A DNA stretch of 32,932 nt, taken from contig JAWBBW010000014.1 in the NCBI GenBank assembly GCA_038824035.1, positions 1 to 32,932 of the forward strand. The letters run 5' to 3'. The translations under genes and the position numbers were made by a program. Positions 19,920 through 28,827 of this stretch are shown piece by piece. Within the stretch, counting starts at the first letter, position 1. Each line of letters begins with the position of its first letter. Source of the DNA: Desulfurococcaceae archaeon. GTDB taxonomy: Archaea > Thermoproteota > Thermoprotei_A > Sulfolobales > Desulfurococcaceae. The notes below the pieces were generated by a model. It was not told the DNA's origin, ran no database searches, and saw nothing but the letters and a program-made list of their open reading frames with translations.

Positions 19920-20021
19920 TCATAGTCAAGTTTTTTCCAAGCGACATATTCCTTGTTTAGCCAAAGTAGAAATGTTAATTAAATTTAATTTATATGAAAT
20001 CCCCTGAACAAGGTGATATAT

Positions 20022-20627
20022 ATGGGAGATAATTTAAGCAAGGAGAACATAGCCAGGCAGATATGTGATGCATTGAAAATGATGTATCTTAAGGGCCTCA
20101 TAACGCCGTTAACAGGCAATATAAGTGTCAGACTGGGTGACACCATATTGATGACACCATCATCATTTATACCTGTAATTAGGTTAAAATACGAACTAAA
20201 ACCAGAGGATCTCGTCGAGGTTGATCTTGATGGAAATGTGATCAAGGGTGGAAGGCCAACCACTGAGTTGCCAATGCACTTGGCTATATACAAAGAGTGT
20301 GATAAGTGCAATGCCATAGTGCATATACATGGAGTTTACTCCCCATTACTTAAATCCAGTGAGATTGAAAATCTCTTCCTCGACACGGAGTTAAAGTACA
20401 TATTAAAACCACGCATATGTTTTGTTAGAGAGCTAATACCTAGGACAACAGACCTTGCATCAGCAGTATTGGAGAAAGTCAAAGAGGGATGTGAGATAAT
20501 ATACCTCGAGCGACACGGCGTGGTCACCGTATCTGATAACCTCGGAATGGCGCTTGAATTAGCTGAGTTAGCGGAGGTTATTGCAGCTAGAACAATATAT
20601 TACAATATCTTATCTAAACAGCAATAG
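20022..20627 (+). CDS. Class II aldolase (FucA/adducin family; fuculose-1-P/ribulose-1-P aldolase-like)
   Basis: GNISVR, TPS, catalytic Glu in PTTELPMH, zinc ligands in VHIH and RHG. AGGTGA RBS before ATG 20022. Confidence 0.88.
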   Translation: MGDNLSKENIARQICDALKMMYLKGLITPLTGNISVRLGDTILMTPSSFIPVIRLKYELKPEDLVEVDLDGNVIKGGRPTTELPMHLAIYKECDKCNAIVHIHGVYSPLLKSSEIENLFLDTELKYILKPRICFVRELIPRTTDLASAVLEKVKEGCEIIYLERHGVVTVSDNLGMALELAELAEVIAARTIYYNILSKQQ

Positions 20628-20643
20628 GTTTTATTCCAATCTC

Positions 20644-21120
20644 TCACTTCAATGGCAAGTGGATATCCTCCTTTATCGTTCTAAATATTATACTAGTCCT
20701 CGTTTGCCTAATATGAGGGTGTTTCAATAACCATTTCACAAATGAATCCAACTCGTTTATTGATTTAAAAGATGCTAGTATAGCAACATCGAATTCACCG
20801 GTTATATCATATACAGCTAACACATTCGGGTGTTTCGCTATATAATCCTCAATGTCCGTGATATATTTACCATCTACATTTACCAGCACAAGGGCTTTTA
20901 GACCATATCCCAGTTTATTATAATCTATGATCACCGTGAACTTTTTAATTATACGTTTCGTATAAAGTCTTTTCAATCTCTCATATATTGTTGAAATAGG
21001 CTTGTTAGTTTTCATAGAGATCTCCTTGAGAGATATCCTGGAATTTTCCTGTAAAATTTCCAAGATTGCTAAATCCAGTTCATCTAATTCACCAAATGTA
21101 TTTGTATTTTTTCTATTCAT
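20644..21120 (-). CDS. Lrp/AsnC family transcriptional regulator
   Basis: HTH region LDELDLAILEILQENSRIS...STIYERLKRL and RAM domain VYDITGEFD. Confidence 0.95.
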   Translation of the reverse strand: MNRKNTNTFGELDELDLAILEILQENSRISLKEISMKTNKPISTIYERLKRLYTKRIIKKFTVIIDYNKLGYGLKALVLVNVDGKYITDIEDYIAKHPNVLAVYDITGEFDVAILASFKSINELDSFVKWLLKHPHIRQTRTSIIFRTIKEDIHLPLK

Positions 21121-21203
21121 TTTAATACACCTTTGATACATTTCCAATAATTTTGGTGATTATTTAAATACCTTTCCAATATTATTAGCTTCATGTGGGA
21201 AAT

Positions 21204-22484
21204 ATGGAGAAACCAAGTATTGTCTTGGTATTTACTGATATCGCTGGCTATATAAGGAGAATTGAAATAGAATCCATTAACAGCGTTGAAAACATTGAAA
21301 GCAGTGTTGACGGTTCCAGCATACCTGGTTATGGCCATGTAGAGTTTAGCGATATAATTGTCAAGCCTTTACTAAGTAGTTTCATTAATTTGACAGGCAT
21401 AAATGGGAAACTAGTATATGTATCCGAGTTGTACACCCCTAGTAGAAAGAGACATCCATATGATCCGAGGAAAATATTGGAAGAAGTAGTCAAATACTAC
21501 ATGGAAAAAGGAATTGAGATCAAAACAGGCATAGAACTGGAGTTCTACTTAACGAGAGACGTCAAAGTATACCTTGGCAAGAAGAGGCAGCTCTTAAGTA
21601 TAAATGCTATGGAGAATTCGAGCTCTATAGGGGTTTCAAAGGTATATGCAAGCTTGTTGGACGAACGAGTTGATCAAGTGATTAAACAAGCCAGGACCGT
21701 GTTCAGTAATTCTAATCTACATATATATAAAATTCATAGGGAAAACGGTTTCCTTTCTCAATACGAAATATCGTTACAAGCTTGTGATCCCATCTCCATT
21801 GCTGATAGAACAATACTTAGTATAGTCGCCTTAAGGGAAATAGCGTTCTCAATGGGGTATAGAGCTAATTTCATGCCTAAGCCATTTCCAGAGGATTATG
21901 GTAATGGATTGCATGTCCATATAAGTCTATGGAACAAGGGTAAAAACATGTTTTTAGAAAACAACGAGTTATCAGATATCGCAAGATACTTCATAGGTGG
22001 AATCTTAGAACACGCGAGCAGCTTAGCGGCATTCACAAACCCCAGTATTAATAGTTATAGGAGATTAATCGAAGGATATGAAGCACCTGTGTATATTGCA
22101 TGGGGTATTGGAAATAGAACCACTATGATACGCGTACCCATGGGTAATTCAAGCATTGAAATTAGAAATCCTGATCCCTCTATGAATCCATATCTCGGAT
22201 TATCAGCTATATTAATGGCTGGTATAACGGGTATCGAGAAAAAAATTGAGCCTAGTGAACCAGTCACATTTAATCTATATTCTAAGGCTACTCGTAATAT
22301 AAAGAGTTTACCTAGGAGCTTGGAAGAAGCTCTTGAACATTTAGCCAATGATCACGAGTACTTAAAACCCGTATTCAGCGAAGACTTTATTCAGACATAT
22401 ATCGATATAAAGATCAAAGAGGCCAAAAAGGCGCGGTCCATACCAACAATAATAGATTATGCGATGTTACATCATCTGTATTAA
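21204..22484 (+). CDS. glnA: Glutamine synthetase, type I family
   Basis: DGSSI, GIELEFY, HRE...QYEI, FMPKP...GNGLHVHIS, NSYRRL..GYEAP, NR..MIRVP and IEIRNPDPSMNPY motifs. Confidence 0.88.
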   Translation: MEKPSIVLVFTDIAGYIRRIEIESINSVENIESSVDGSSIPGYGHVEFSDIIVKPLLSSFINLTGINGKLVYVSELYTPSRKRHPYDPRKILEEVVKYYMEKGIEIKTGIELEFYLTRDVKVYLGKKRQLLSINAMENSSSIGVSKVYASLLDERVDQVIKQARTVFSNSNLHIYKIHRENGFLSQYEISLQACDPISIADRTILSIVALREIAFSMGYRANFMPKPFPEDYGNGLHVHISLWNKGKNMFLENNELSDIARYFIGGILEHASSLAAFTNPSINSYRRLIEGYEAPVYIAWGIGNRTTMIRVPMGNSSIEIRNPDPSMNPYLGLSAILMAGITGIEKKIEPSEPVTFNLYSKATRNIKSLPRSLEEALEHLANDHEYLKPVFSEDFIQTYIDIKIKEAKKARSIPTIIDYAMLHHLY

Positions 22485-22707
22485 GGCTGTTTTAACACCG
22501 TTTTAGTATTATACATCGACAAGACATCGACATCAATATTTACAAAATGCTAAACACAAAGAATACTCAATTGTATTAAAATATAGATCTCTTACGTCAT
22601 GGGGAAAATTTATTTATATATTGAGATTAGCGTAGATTTAGTTAGAAAATCTAAAAAGTAATCAGTTAAAATAAGTAATGAAACCTCACTAAGATGTGGT
22701 GATTTGC

Positions 22708-24102
22708 TTGGAAGTTTTTAAGTTTGGCGTAAAGGGTTTGGATGAATTACTCGTAAATGCGTTAATAGAGGGGCAATTACTTATAATCGCTGGCCATCCA
22801 GGTGCAGGTAAAACTACACTCGTCTCAACGATCTGTTATGTCAATGCATTGAATGGATATAAGTGTTTATATCTCTCTTTGCAAGAAAGTAGAGAAAAAC
22901 TATACATGAATATGAAAAGGTTAGGCATAGATCTTGAGAAAGTGGAGAAAGATGGTTATTTCAAATACATTAAGATACCATTAATAGTGACAGAAGACGC
23001 GGTAATGGATATATTCATGGATACTGTGAACAAGAGTATTGAAGAGTTCAGGCCAAGAATAGTCGTGGTTGATTCAATCACGCCGGTCCTCAAGGCAACA
23101 CAGAGTAGTGTTAAGGCCCGCGCCATATTGCAAAACTTCTTCGCTGAGTTACCTAAATTGATCAACGGTATTGTTGTTCTAATCGCGGAGATCCCGCTTG
23201 GCAAGGAAGAGGTAGAGCTGGGTGATATAGAATTTGTATCAGACATGATAATTACCCTTAAACATAGGGTTGAAAAAGGGCTTTTAACAAGGATCATGGA
23301 GATAAGGAAAAGCCGTGGCTCTCCTTTAACGCTCGTAGAGGTGCCATTCTCGATCAGAGAAGGGTATGGTATAGAGGCCTGGGTCTCTCCTAGGTTAGAA
23401 GAAATAATAGAAATTGAAAACCCACTTGAAATACCATGTGATAGCCTCAAAGAAGCGCTTAGATATATAAACAAGGGAGATGTCATATACTGGGAATATC
23501 CTTCATACATGAGATCCGGTGGCATAGGCCTACTTATTCAGTTAATAGCAGTTGCAAATAAGTTAAAGACCCTCTATATAAGCTATAAACATGCGCCATC
23601 ATCAATGTATAACATATTATTTAGATTGTTGGAAAGACATGGGGTTGGTAAAGAAGTTGTGGAATATATAAAGAGCATGATCATATATAGAGGCATAAAT
23701 CCATTTGCTTATAGTGTATCGGAGTTGAATGCTATTGAAAACCAGCTAATTGATGAGCTCAGACCTGATATGGTGATATTTCACGGTGTTGAAGTACCTA
23801 TGATAGCTGAAAAACGCCTCGACTATTATATACAGTTACTTTTCAACCAAATAGTGCTGTTAAAGCAAAAAGGTATAACAATAGCTAGATACTCGTCACA
23901 TATAAACAACGAGTTATCGAACATCAACGCATCGCTAGCGGATGTTGTTATAAAGATCTTATATGACCCTGATAAGAACGAGCCAAGAATACACTTATGG
24001 AGAAGAGGAGGTAGACCGGTTGTTTTGACCACTAATGATATTTCAAGGTGTATCGACGAGATCACAGGGTTTATAAAGTTAAATATAAGGCCCAAGAACT
24101 AG
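22708..24102 (+). CDS. KaiC/RAD55-like RecA-fold ATPase with a degenerate second domain
   Basis: Walker A GHPGAGKTT, Walker B VVVDS and RIMEIRKSRG in the N-terminal half. The C-terminal half lacks a P-loop. Confidence 0.85.
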   Translation: MEVFKFGVKGLDELLVNALIEGQLLIIAGHPGAGKTTLVSTICYVNALNGYKCLYLSLQESREKLYMNMKRLGIDLEKVEKDGYFKYIKIPLIVTEDAVMDIFMDTVNKSIEEFRPRIVVVDSITPVLKATQSSVKARAILQNFFAELPKLINGIVVLIAEIPLGKEEVELGDIEFVSDMIITLKHRVEKGLLTRIMEIRKSRGSPLTLVEVPFSIREGYGIEAWVSPRLEEIIEIENPLEIPCDSLKEALRYINKGDVIYWEYPSYMRSGGIGLLIQLIAVANKLKTLYISYKHAPSSMYNILFRLLERHGVGKEVVEYIKSMIIYRGINPFAYSVSELNAIENQLIDELRPDMVIFHGVEVPMIAEKRLDYYIQLLFNQIVLLKQKGITIARYSSHINNELSNINASLADVVIKILYDPDKNEPRIHLWRRGGRPVVLTTNDISRCIDEITGFIKLNIRPKN

Positions 24103-24176
24103 ATAATGTAATCATGTAAAATCGACGTAGAAGCCGCGACCAATGCTGAGTATATTTAGCTGAGAATACTTTGATA

Positions 24177-25010
24177 TTATTTCTCTCTTTCATCAGTGGT
24201 GTCCAGTGTTCTTAACCATACGATTCTCTGAGGGAATGGTATCTCTATGCCAGCATTCTCGAGTTTCTCTTTGAGAATACCTATTATATTGGATCTAACT
24301 TTTAGGAAATACTGTGAGGGGACCCAGAACATTATTTTCAAATTAACAGAACTCTCTCCCAAGGTATCCACAAGTATCACAGGCTCCGGCTCAGCCAATA
24401 TCAATGGATTTTCCCATAGTTCATTTCTAATGATTTCTAGTGCCTTGTTTAGATCAGATCTATAGGAAATACCGATAGAGATCTCGATTCTCCTAACTAT
24501 GCTGCTACTATAATTATATATACTCGTATTGAAAAGAACACTATTTGGAATTAACAGTATTTCACCACTGAATAATCTGATCCTAGTTGATAACAGCCCG
24601 ACGTGTTCTACCACACCAAAATTATCATTAATTTTTACAATATCCCCGATTTTAACCCTGCCTTCAAAAAGCATTGCCAGACCCGAGAATAAGTTGCCAA
24701 GTGTTTGTTGCGCAGCCAGACCCACCACTATGCCAGTGAACCCTGCCGCTATCAGTAATCCCCCTAGGTCTATACCTATTATAGATAACGCGGCAAGAAG
24801 CCCTATCATGGTAAACAATATTCTCGTAGTCTTAGCTATATTATATGCGAATTCCGGTGTCGTAATCGTCTTTATTTTAAAGACTTTATTAGCTACGATC
24901 TTTCCGATGTAATAGAACACTATGAAAATTATTATTGCGCCCAGATATCTCGATAAGTGTACTAGATTTTCATTAACCCATTCTATTGGGAAGAACCAGT
25001 AAGATATCAT
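24177..25010 (-). CDS. mscS: Small-conductance mechanosensitive channel
   Basis: GIVVGLAAQQTLGNLFSG, KIGDIV, IPNS and GIEIPFPQR motifs. Confidence 0.94.
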   Translation of the reverse strand: MISYWFFPIEWVNENLVHLSRYLGAIIIFIVFYYIGKIVANKVFKIKTITTPEFAYNIAKTTRILFTMIGLLAALSIIGIDLGGLLIAAGFTGIVVGLAAQQTLGNLFSGLAMLFEGRVKIGDIVKINDNFGVVEHVGLLSTRIRLFSGEILLIPNSVLFNTSIYNYSSSIVRRIEISIGISYRSDLNKALEIIRNELWENPLILAEPEPVILVDTLGESSVNLKIMFWVPSQYFLKVRSNIIGILKEKLENAGIEIPFPQRIVWLRTLDTTDEREK

Positions 25011-25023
25011 GGCTTCTCACATA

Positions 25024-25710
25024 TTAATATCCATGTCTCATGATATACGTAACGGTCTCGGGTTTAATAATTCCCTTAAAGTTGTTCTCCCTCGACGGCT
25101 CAGTCGTGGTAGAGATCTCTATTACTGTTCCACGTGGAGTCGAGATCAGAAATGCCTTCACGACGTTGTATACAACATCGCCATATTCATTGCTAAATAT
25201 TCCTAGGCCTTCTACAGGCATTATTAGTTTCTCCACCGCTAAGGCTTCATGTGTATTGTTCGTGAGAATTATTTTTAAATTCGCCAATAGCTCGCTATAA
25301 TTAATTAAATCACTTTCCCTAACATATATACACAGATCCCCCATAGTAGGTGTACCATATAGGGCTAGTTTTATCTTGAAAACATTGACTATTTTGATCA
25401 ATGCATTATTGGAGAAAATAGCTATGGAAAACGGCAAGTAGGTACTAATCGCGATCTTGCTGTTGGGCAATACCGTGATCGGTTGTTTAAGTTTGAACAT
25501 AAGACACTTGATATTTGATTCGCGGCCAAGAGGATAAGGTACCAACGTTATTTCATCGTTTTCTGCGAGCCCGATCACACCTATTACATCCCTATTGTTA
25601 TGTCTATATAGCTCGATCTCTACTAGGTTCTTGTCAAGCCGTTTAAACATTATTCCTATGTTGCCATGCTTAAAAATCGCAATATCTTTTACCCTTAAAC
25701 TTGTGAGCAT
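25024..25710 (-). CDS. DUF432-like protein
   Basis: Immediately upstream of mscS, an arrangement typical of DUF432. KLALYGTPTMGDLC motif. Confidence 0.65.
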   Translation of the reverse strand: MLTSLRVKDIAIFKHGNIGIMFKRLDKNLVEIELYRHNNRDVIGVIGLAENDEITLVPYPLGRESNIKCLMFKLKQPITVLPNSKIAISTYLPFSIAIFSNNALIKIVNVFKIKLALYGTPTMGDLCIYVRESDLINYSELLANLKIILTNNTHEALAVEKLIMPVEGLGIFSNEYGDVVYNVVKAFLISTPRGTVIEISTTTEPSRENNFKGIIKPETVTYIMRHGY

Positions 25711-25928
25711 TATTTCACCGAAATTGAGGTAATACATAAGGATAATATAGTTTCTTTGTAAATTTTTGTATTCTAATATCCATTGTTACAATATTGACTT
25801 ATAGTACATTTCCCAACCCTGCCAGGTTGGAGAGGGGATCGAGCGCGATGTTTTGCACAGTGATTTTAAATTAGTGTTTCCAAAAATTATAAGATCTCTG
25901 GTCATATAGTTACGTGGTGATGATATCT

Positions 25929-26858
25929 ATGAGAACGGTTGTCATACCTGACAAATACGTATTCTATAGGTTTTCCCCAGATAACAAACCAGTAGCATTT
26001 ATTAGACCGGGCGATAAGGTGATTATTCACACTAAGGATTGTTTTGGAGGACAAATAACCAGTGATGATCAAACCATTGAAGGGGTCGATTTTTCCCATG
26101 TAAACCCGGCTACCGGTCCTCTATACATAGAAGGTGCGGGACCTGGCGATGCCTTGATCGTCAAGATATTATCCATTGAGATAGCTGAGAAAGGTTTCAT
26201 AGTTACAGCGCCGGGATCCGGTGTTCTACATCACTTAGTTAAAATGGCTAAAACCAGACCCTGTTATATCGAAGAAAATATGGTAAAATTTCTTGGATAT
26301 AAAATACCTGTTAGGAAAATGATAGGTGTAATCGGGGTAGCTACTAATGAGAGAACGCCCACAGGTGTGCCTGGAAGACATGGTGGTAACTTGGATACAC
26401 GTTTCATAACAGAAGGAGCTATGGTTGTGTTACCAGTAGAGTATGAAGGTGCGCTATTCGGATTAGGGGATTTGCACGCAACAATGGGTGATGGCGAAGT
26501 CTGCGTATCTGCTTGCGAGGTTCCTGGGAAAGTTATGGTTGAATTCGATATCGTGAAAGGCCATGCCCCTCCATGGCCTATTGTTCAATATCACGACTCG
26601 TTATATATTCTTGTTTCACACGAGGATCTGAACAAAGCATTGAACGAAGTTGTAGAGATAACAGTGGAGGTTATATCAAGGGGACTAAACTTAGAATGGC
26701 ACGATGCATATATGTTAGCAAGCATCGGTATTGACGTAGGTATTAGCCAATTAGTAGATCCCAGGAAAACCGTGTGGGCACGCATCCCAATATCGTTGCT
26801 AACACTTGATAAGCTATTAACAACTCTGACAGTTATGAAGAGATCTAGGTCGGGATGA
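25929..26858 (+). CDS. Acetamidase/formamidase family protein
   Basis: NPATGPLYIEGA.PGD, PGRHGGNLD and GDLHATMGDGEV motifs. Confidence 0.93.
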   Translation: MRTVVIPDKYVFYRFSPDNKPVAFIRPGDKVIIHTKDCFGGQITSDDQTIEGVDFSHVNPATGPLYIEGAGPGDALIVKILSIEIAEKGFIVTAPGSGVLHHLVKMAKTRPCYIEENMVKFLGYKIPVRKMIGVIGVATNERTPTGVPGRHGGNLDTRFITEGAMVVLPVEYEGALFGLGDLHATMGDGEVCVSACEVPGKVMVEFDIVKGHAPPWPIVQYHDSLYILVSHEDLNKALNEVVEITVEVISRGLNLEWHDAYMLASIGIDVGISQLVDPRKTVWARIPISLLTLDKLLTTLTVMKRSRSG

Positions 26859-26908
26859 ATATGTGAAGTAACGATTTAATAGAAAGTAGAAATTCGCGGT
26901 GAGGAAAA

Positions 26909-27009
26909 TGCCGCCGCCGGGATTTGAACCCGGGTTTCCCGCACCCACGGGCCCTGGGTGTCACGGGCTCGAGAGGCCCGCATACTTGACCGGGCTATAC
27001 TACGGCGGC
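26909..27009 (-). tRNA. tRNA-Glu(CTC) with a 26-nt intron at position 45/46 (26936-26961)
   Basis: Acceptor stem GCCGCCG/CGGCGGC, anticodon arm CGGGC-CT-CTC-GA-GCCCG, T arm CCGGG-TTCAAAT-CCCGG. The insert in the variable loop forms a BHB-like motif. Confidence 0.93.
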
Positions 27010-27077
27010 ATAACTATTAGATAAATCAATTTGATTGGTTTTTAAATATTCAATAATGTGGTCTTAATCCGTTTTAC

Positions 27078-27407
27078 TCACATCCCACGTCTCCTTAACA
27101 TGTTCTTTATTTCTCTTCTCCACGATAGTAATATGAACAAGAGCAATAACTGGCCGTAATCAGGTGAAATAGCTTTCCCAATATCAGTTTCTTCGAGAAT
27201 TATGAATGGATATATCCTAACCGTCTCGTAATGTGCGAGATTGAATACTAATATGTAATGCATCATGATTATAGTGACAACAAGGATTGTCAATATATAT
27301 TTGAAGACACCTCTCACCGTAAATATTGAAAACAATACAATAAATAACACTATAAGCATAGATATAGCCAGTTGTGTGGTATAAAACCATTGACTTAGCG
27401 TCACCAT
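27078..27407 (-). CDS. Hypothetical membrane protein
   Basis: 109-aa ORF with about three hydrophobic segments and a basic C-terminus. Confidence 0.7.
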   Translation of the reverse strand: MVTLSQWFYTTQLAISMLIVLFIVLFSIFTVRGVFKYILTILVVTIIMMHYILVFNLAHYETVRIYPFIILEETDIGKAISPDYGQLLLLFILLSWRREIKNMLRRRGM

Positions 27408-27663
27408 TCTAAATCACTTCTTATCACTTCACAGGTTACGCGCTACATCAATGTCATTGTATAAGTAAATTAAATAATTATCGAGCTTTCTCATAATTTA
27501 TCGGGGAATTCGGTTAGTACCGGTCTCTATTAATTCATCGACATCATCTGGATCTTTAAATTGCAAGACACCAATAAATTTCATCTCTATAAAAAGAGTT
27601 GGTGCACATCATTGATTGAAATGGTTCGACAAATGCACTATTAAAATAGTGAAAAATAGAGGA

Positions 27664-27739
27664 TGCGGCGGCCGGGATTTGAACCCGGGATTTCCGGCTT
27701 GGAAGGCCGGCGTCCTAGTCCAGGCTAGACGACCGCCGC
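27664..27739 (-). tRNA. tRNA-Gly(TCC)
   Basis: Full cloverleaf: GCGGCGG...CCGGC-CT-TCC-AA-GCCGG...GGTTCAAATCC...CCGCCGC-A. CCA not encoded. Confidence 0.96.
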
Positions 27740-27862
27740 GTTTCAGAATAATAATTTCCCTTTCTAATTTTATAAATCTCTTCGCATAGAAGTTTATAGT
27801 TGATGATGATAAGAGGGTCTTTTGAGCCATTGCTGTGATGATCGCTGGAAATACTGATATGA

Positions 27863-28564
27863 TCAATTTTTGAATACTTCATAAACGGCTTTGTTTGCTT
27901 CTTCTAGCTCTTTATAGGTATCAACGGCTTTCCAAAAGACATCCACATATCTCACAGCGGCCAAGACACCCTTTCTAGCCATTTCTGGGAAAGCTGTTTT
28001 CTCTAAATCACCTTTTTCAGGGAAATATTTCAAAGCACCCGGTTTCAACGCATATACTCCTGCATTTATCCAATGTTCTCTTAACAACGGTTTCTCGATA
28101 AATCCCTTAACCATGTCGTTATCGCTTAATTCTAGAATGCCATAGGGGCTAGGAAGCGGTATCGTGGCTATAACTCCTAATAATTCGTTGTTTTCCCTAG
28201 CTCTATTAATCAGCAATATGGGGTCAAGATTTGTCAGTATATCTCCGTTTACAACCAGGAAAACATCATCCTTGCATAGAATATGTTCAGCGTTTTTAAC
28301 CGCGCCTCCGGTACCTAGAGGTTCGTCTTCCACTATGTAAGTTATCTTTACGCCGAACTTGCCTCCACTGCCGAAATACTCTATGATCTTTTCTTTCTTA
28401 TATCCAACAAGCAACACTATTTCGTTAAAACCATGTCTTTTTAACCACCTAATTTGCCATTCCAGTAGAGGTCTATCCCCAATGGTTATCATGGGTTTAG
28501 GAAGTTCTTCGGTATAGGGTCTAAGTCTTTTACCTAGGCCACCAGCCAGGATAGCGGCTATCAC
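27863..28564 (-). CDS. Sugar-phosphate nucleotidyltransferase (NTP_transferase family)
   Basis: ILAGGLGKRLRPYT..LPKPM, EPLGTGGA, VNGD and INAGVY motifs. Confidence 0.93.
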   Translation of the reverse strand: MIAAILAGGLGKRLRPYTEELPKPMITIGDRPLLEWQIRWLKRHGFNEIVLLVGYKKEKIIEYFGSGGKFGVKITYIVEDEPLGTGGAVKNAEHILCKDDVFLVVNGDILTNLDPILLINRARENNELLGVIATIPLPSPYGILELSDNDMVKGFIEKPLLREHWINAGVYALKPGALKYFPEKGDLEKTAFPEMARKGVLAAVRYVDVFWKAVDTYKELEEANKAVYEVFKN

Positions 28565-28654
28565 ACTGTATCACCTATTAACTTAGCTCACCTGGTTTTA
28601 AAATATATGTGGTGAAAAGTTAAATAAACCCTCATTTATTCTATCTAATATAAG

Positions 28655-28727
28655 GCCGCCGTAGCTCAGCTGGGAGAGCGCCCGGCTGAAGACCGGGATG
28701 TCCGGGGTTCGAGTCCCCGCGGCGGCA
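28655..28727 (+). tRNA. tRNA-Phe(GAA)
   Basis: Full cloverleaf: GCCGCCG...CCCGG-CT-GAA-GA-CCGGG...GGTTCGAGTCC...CGGCGGC-A. TTAAATA TATA-like box upstream. Confidence 0.97.
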
Positions 28728-28827
28728 TTTCACTTGATCTTCTAATACCTTAATCCGGTGCAATGAATTATTTTTATTTCACATTTTTATACATTCATTT
28801 CTTGAATCAAAAGTGTGGTTGAGTTAC

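Noticed and set aside
22513-22534. Short ACATCGAC direct repeats, with a similar 11-mer near 27536
   Set aside because: Only 2-3 short copies with no regular spacers, so not CRISPR-like. No CRISPR array was seen anywhere in the window.
27498-27584. 28-aa minus-strand ORF MKFIGVLQFKDPDDVDELIETGTNRIPR downstream of tRNA-Gly
   Set aside because: It vaguely resembles an antitoxin C-terminal remnant, but it is too short and has no toxin partner.
27609-27866. 85-aa ORF
   Set aside because: It overlaps tRNA-Gly on the same strand and is spurious.
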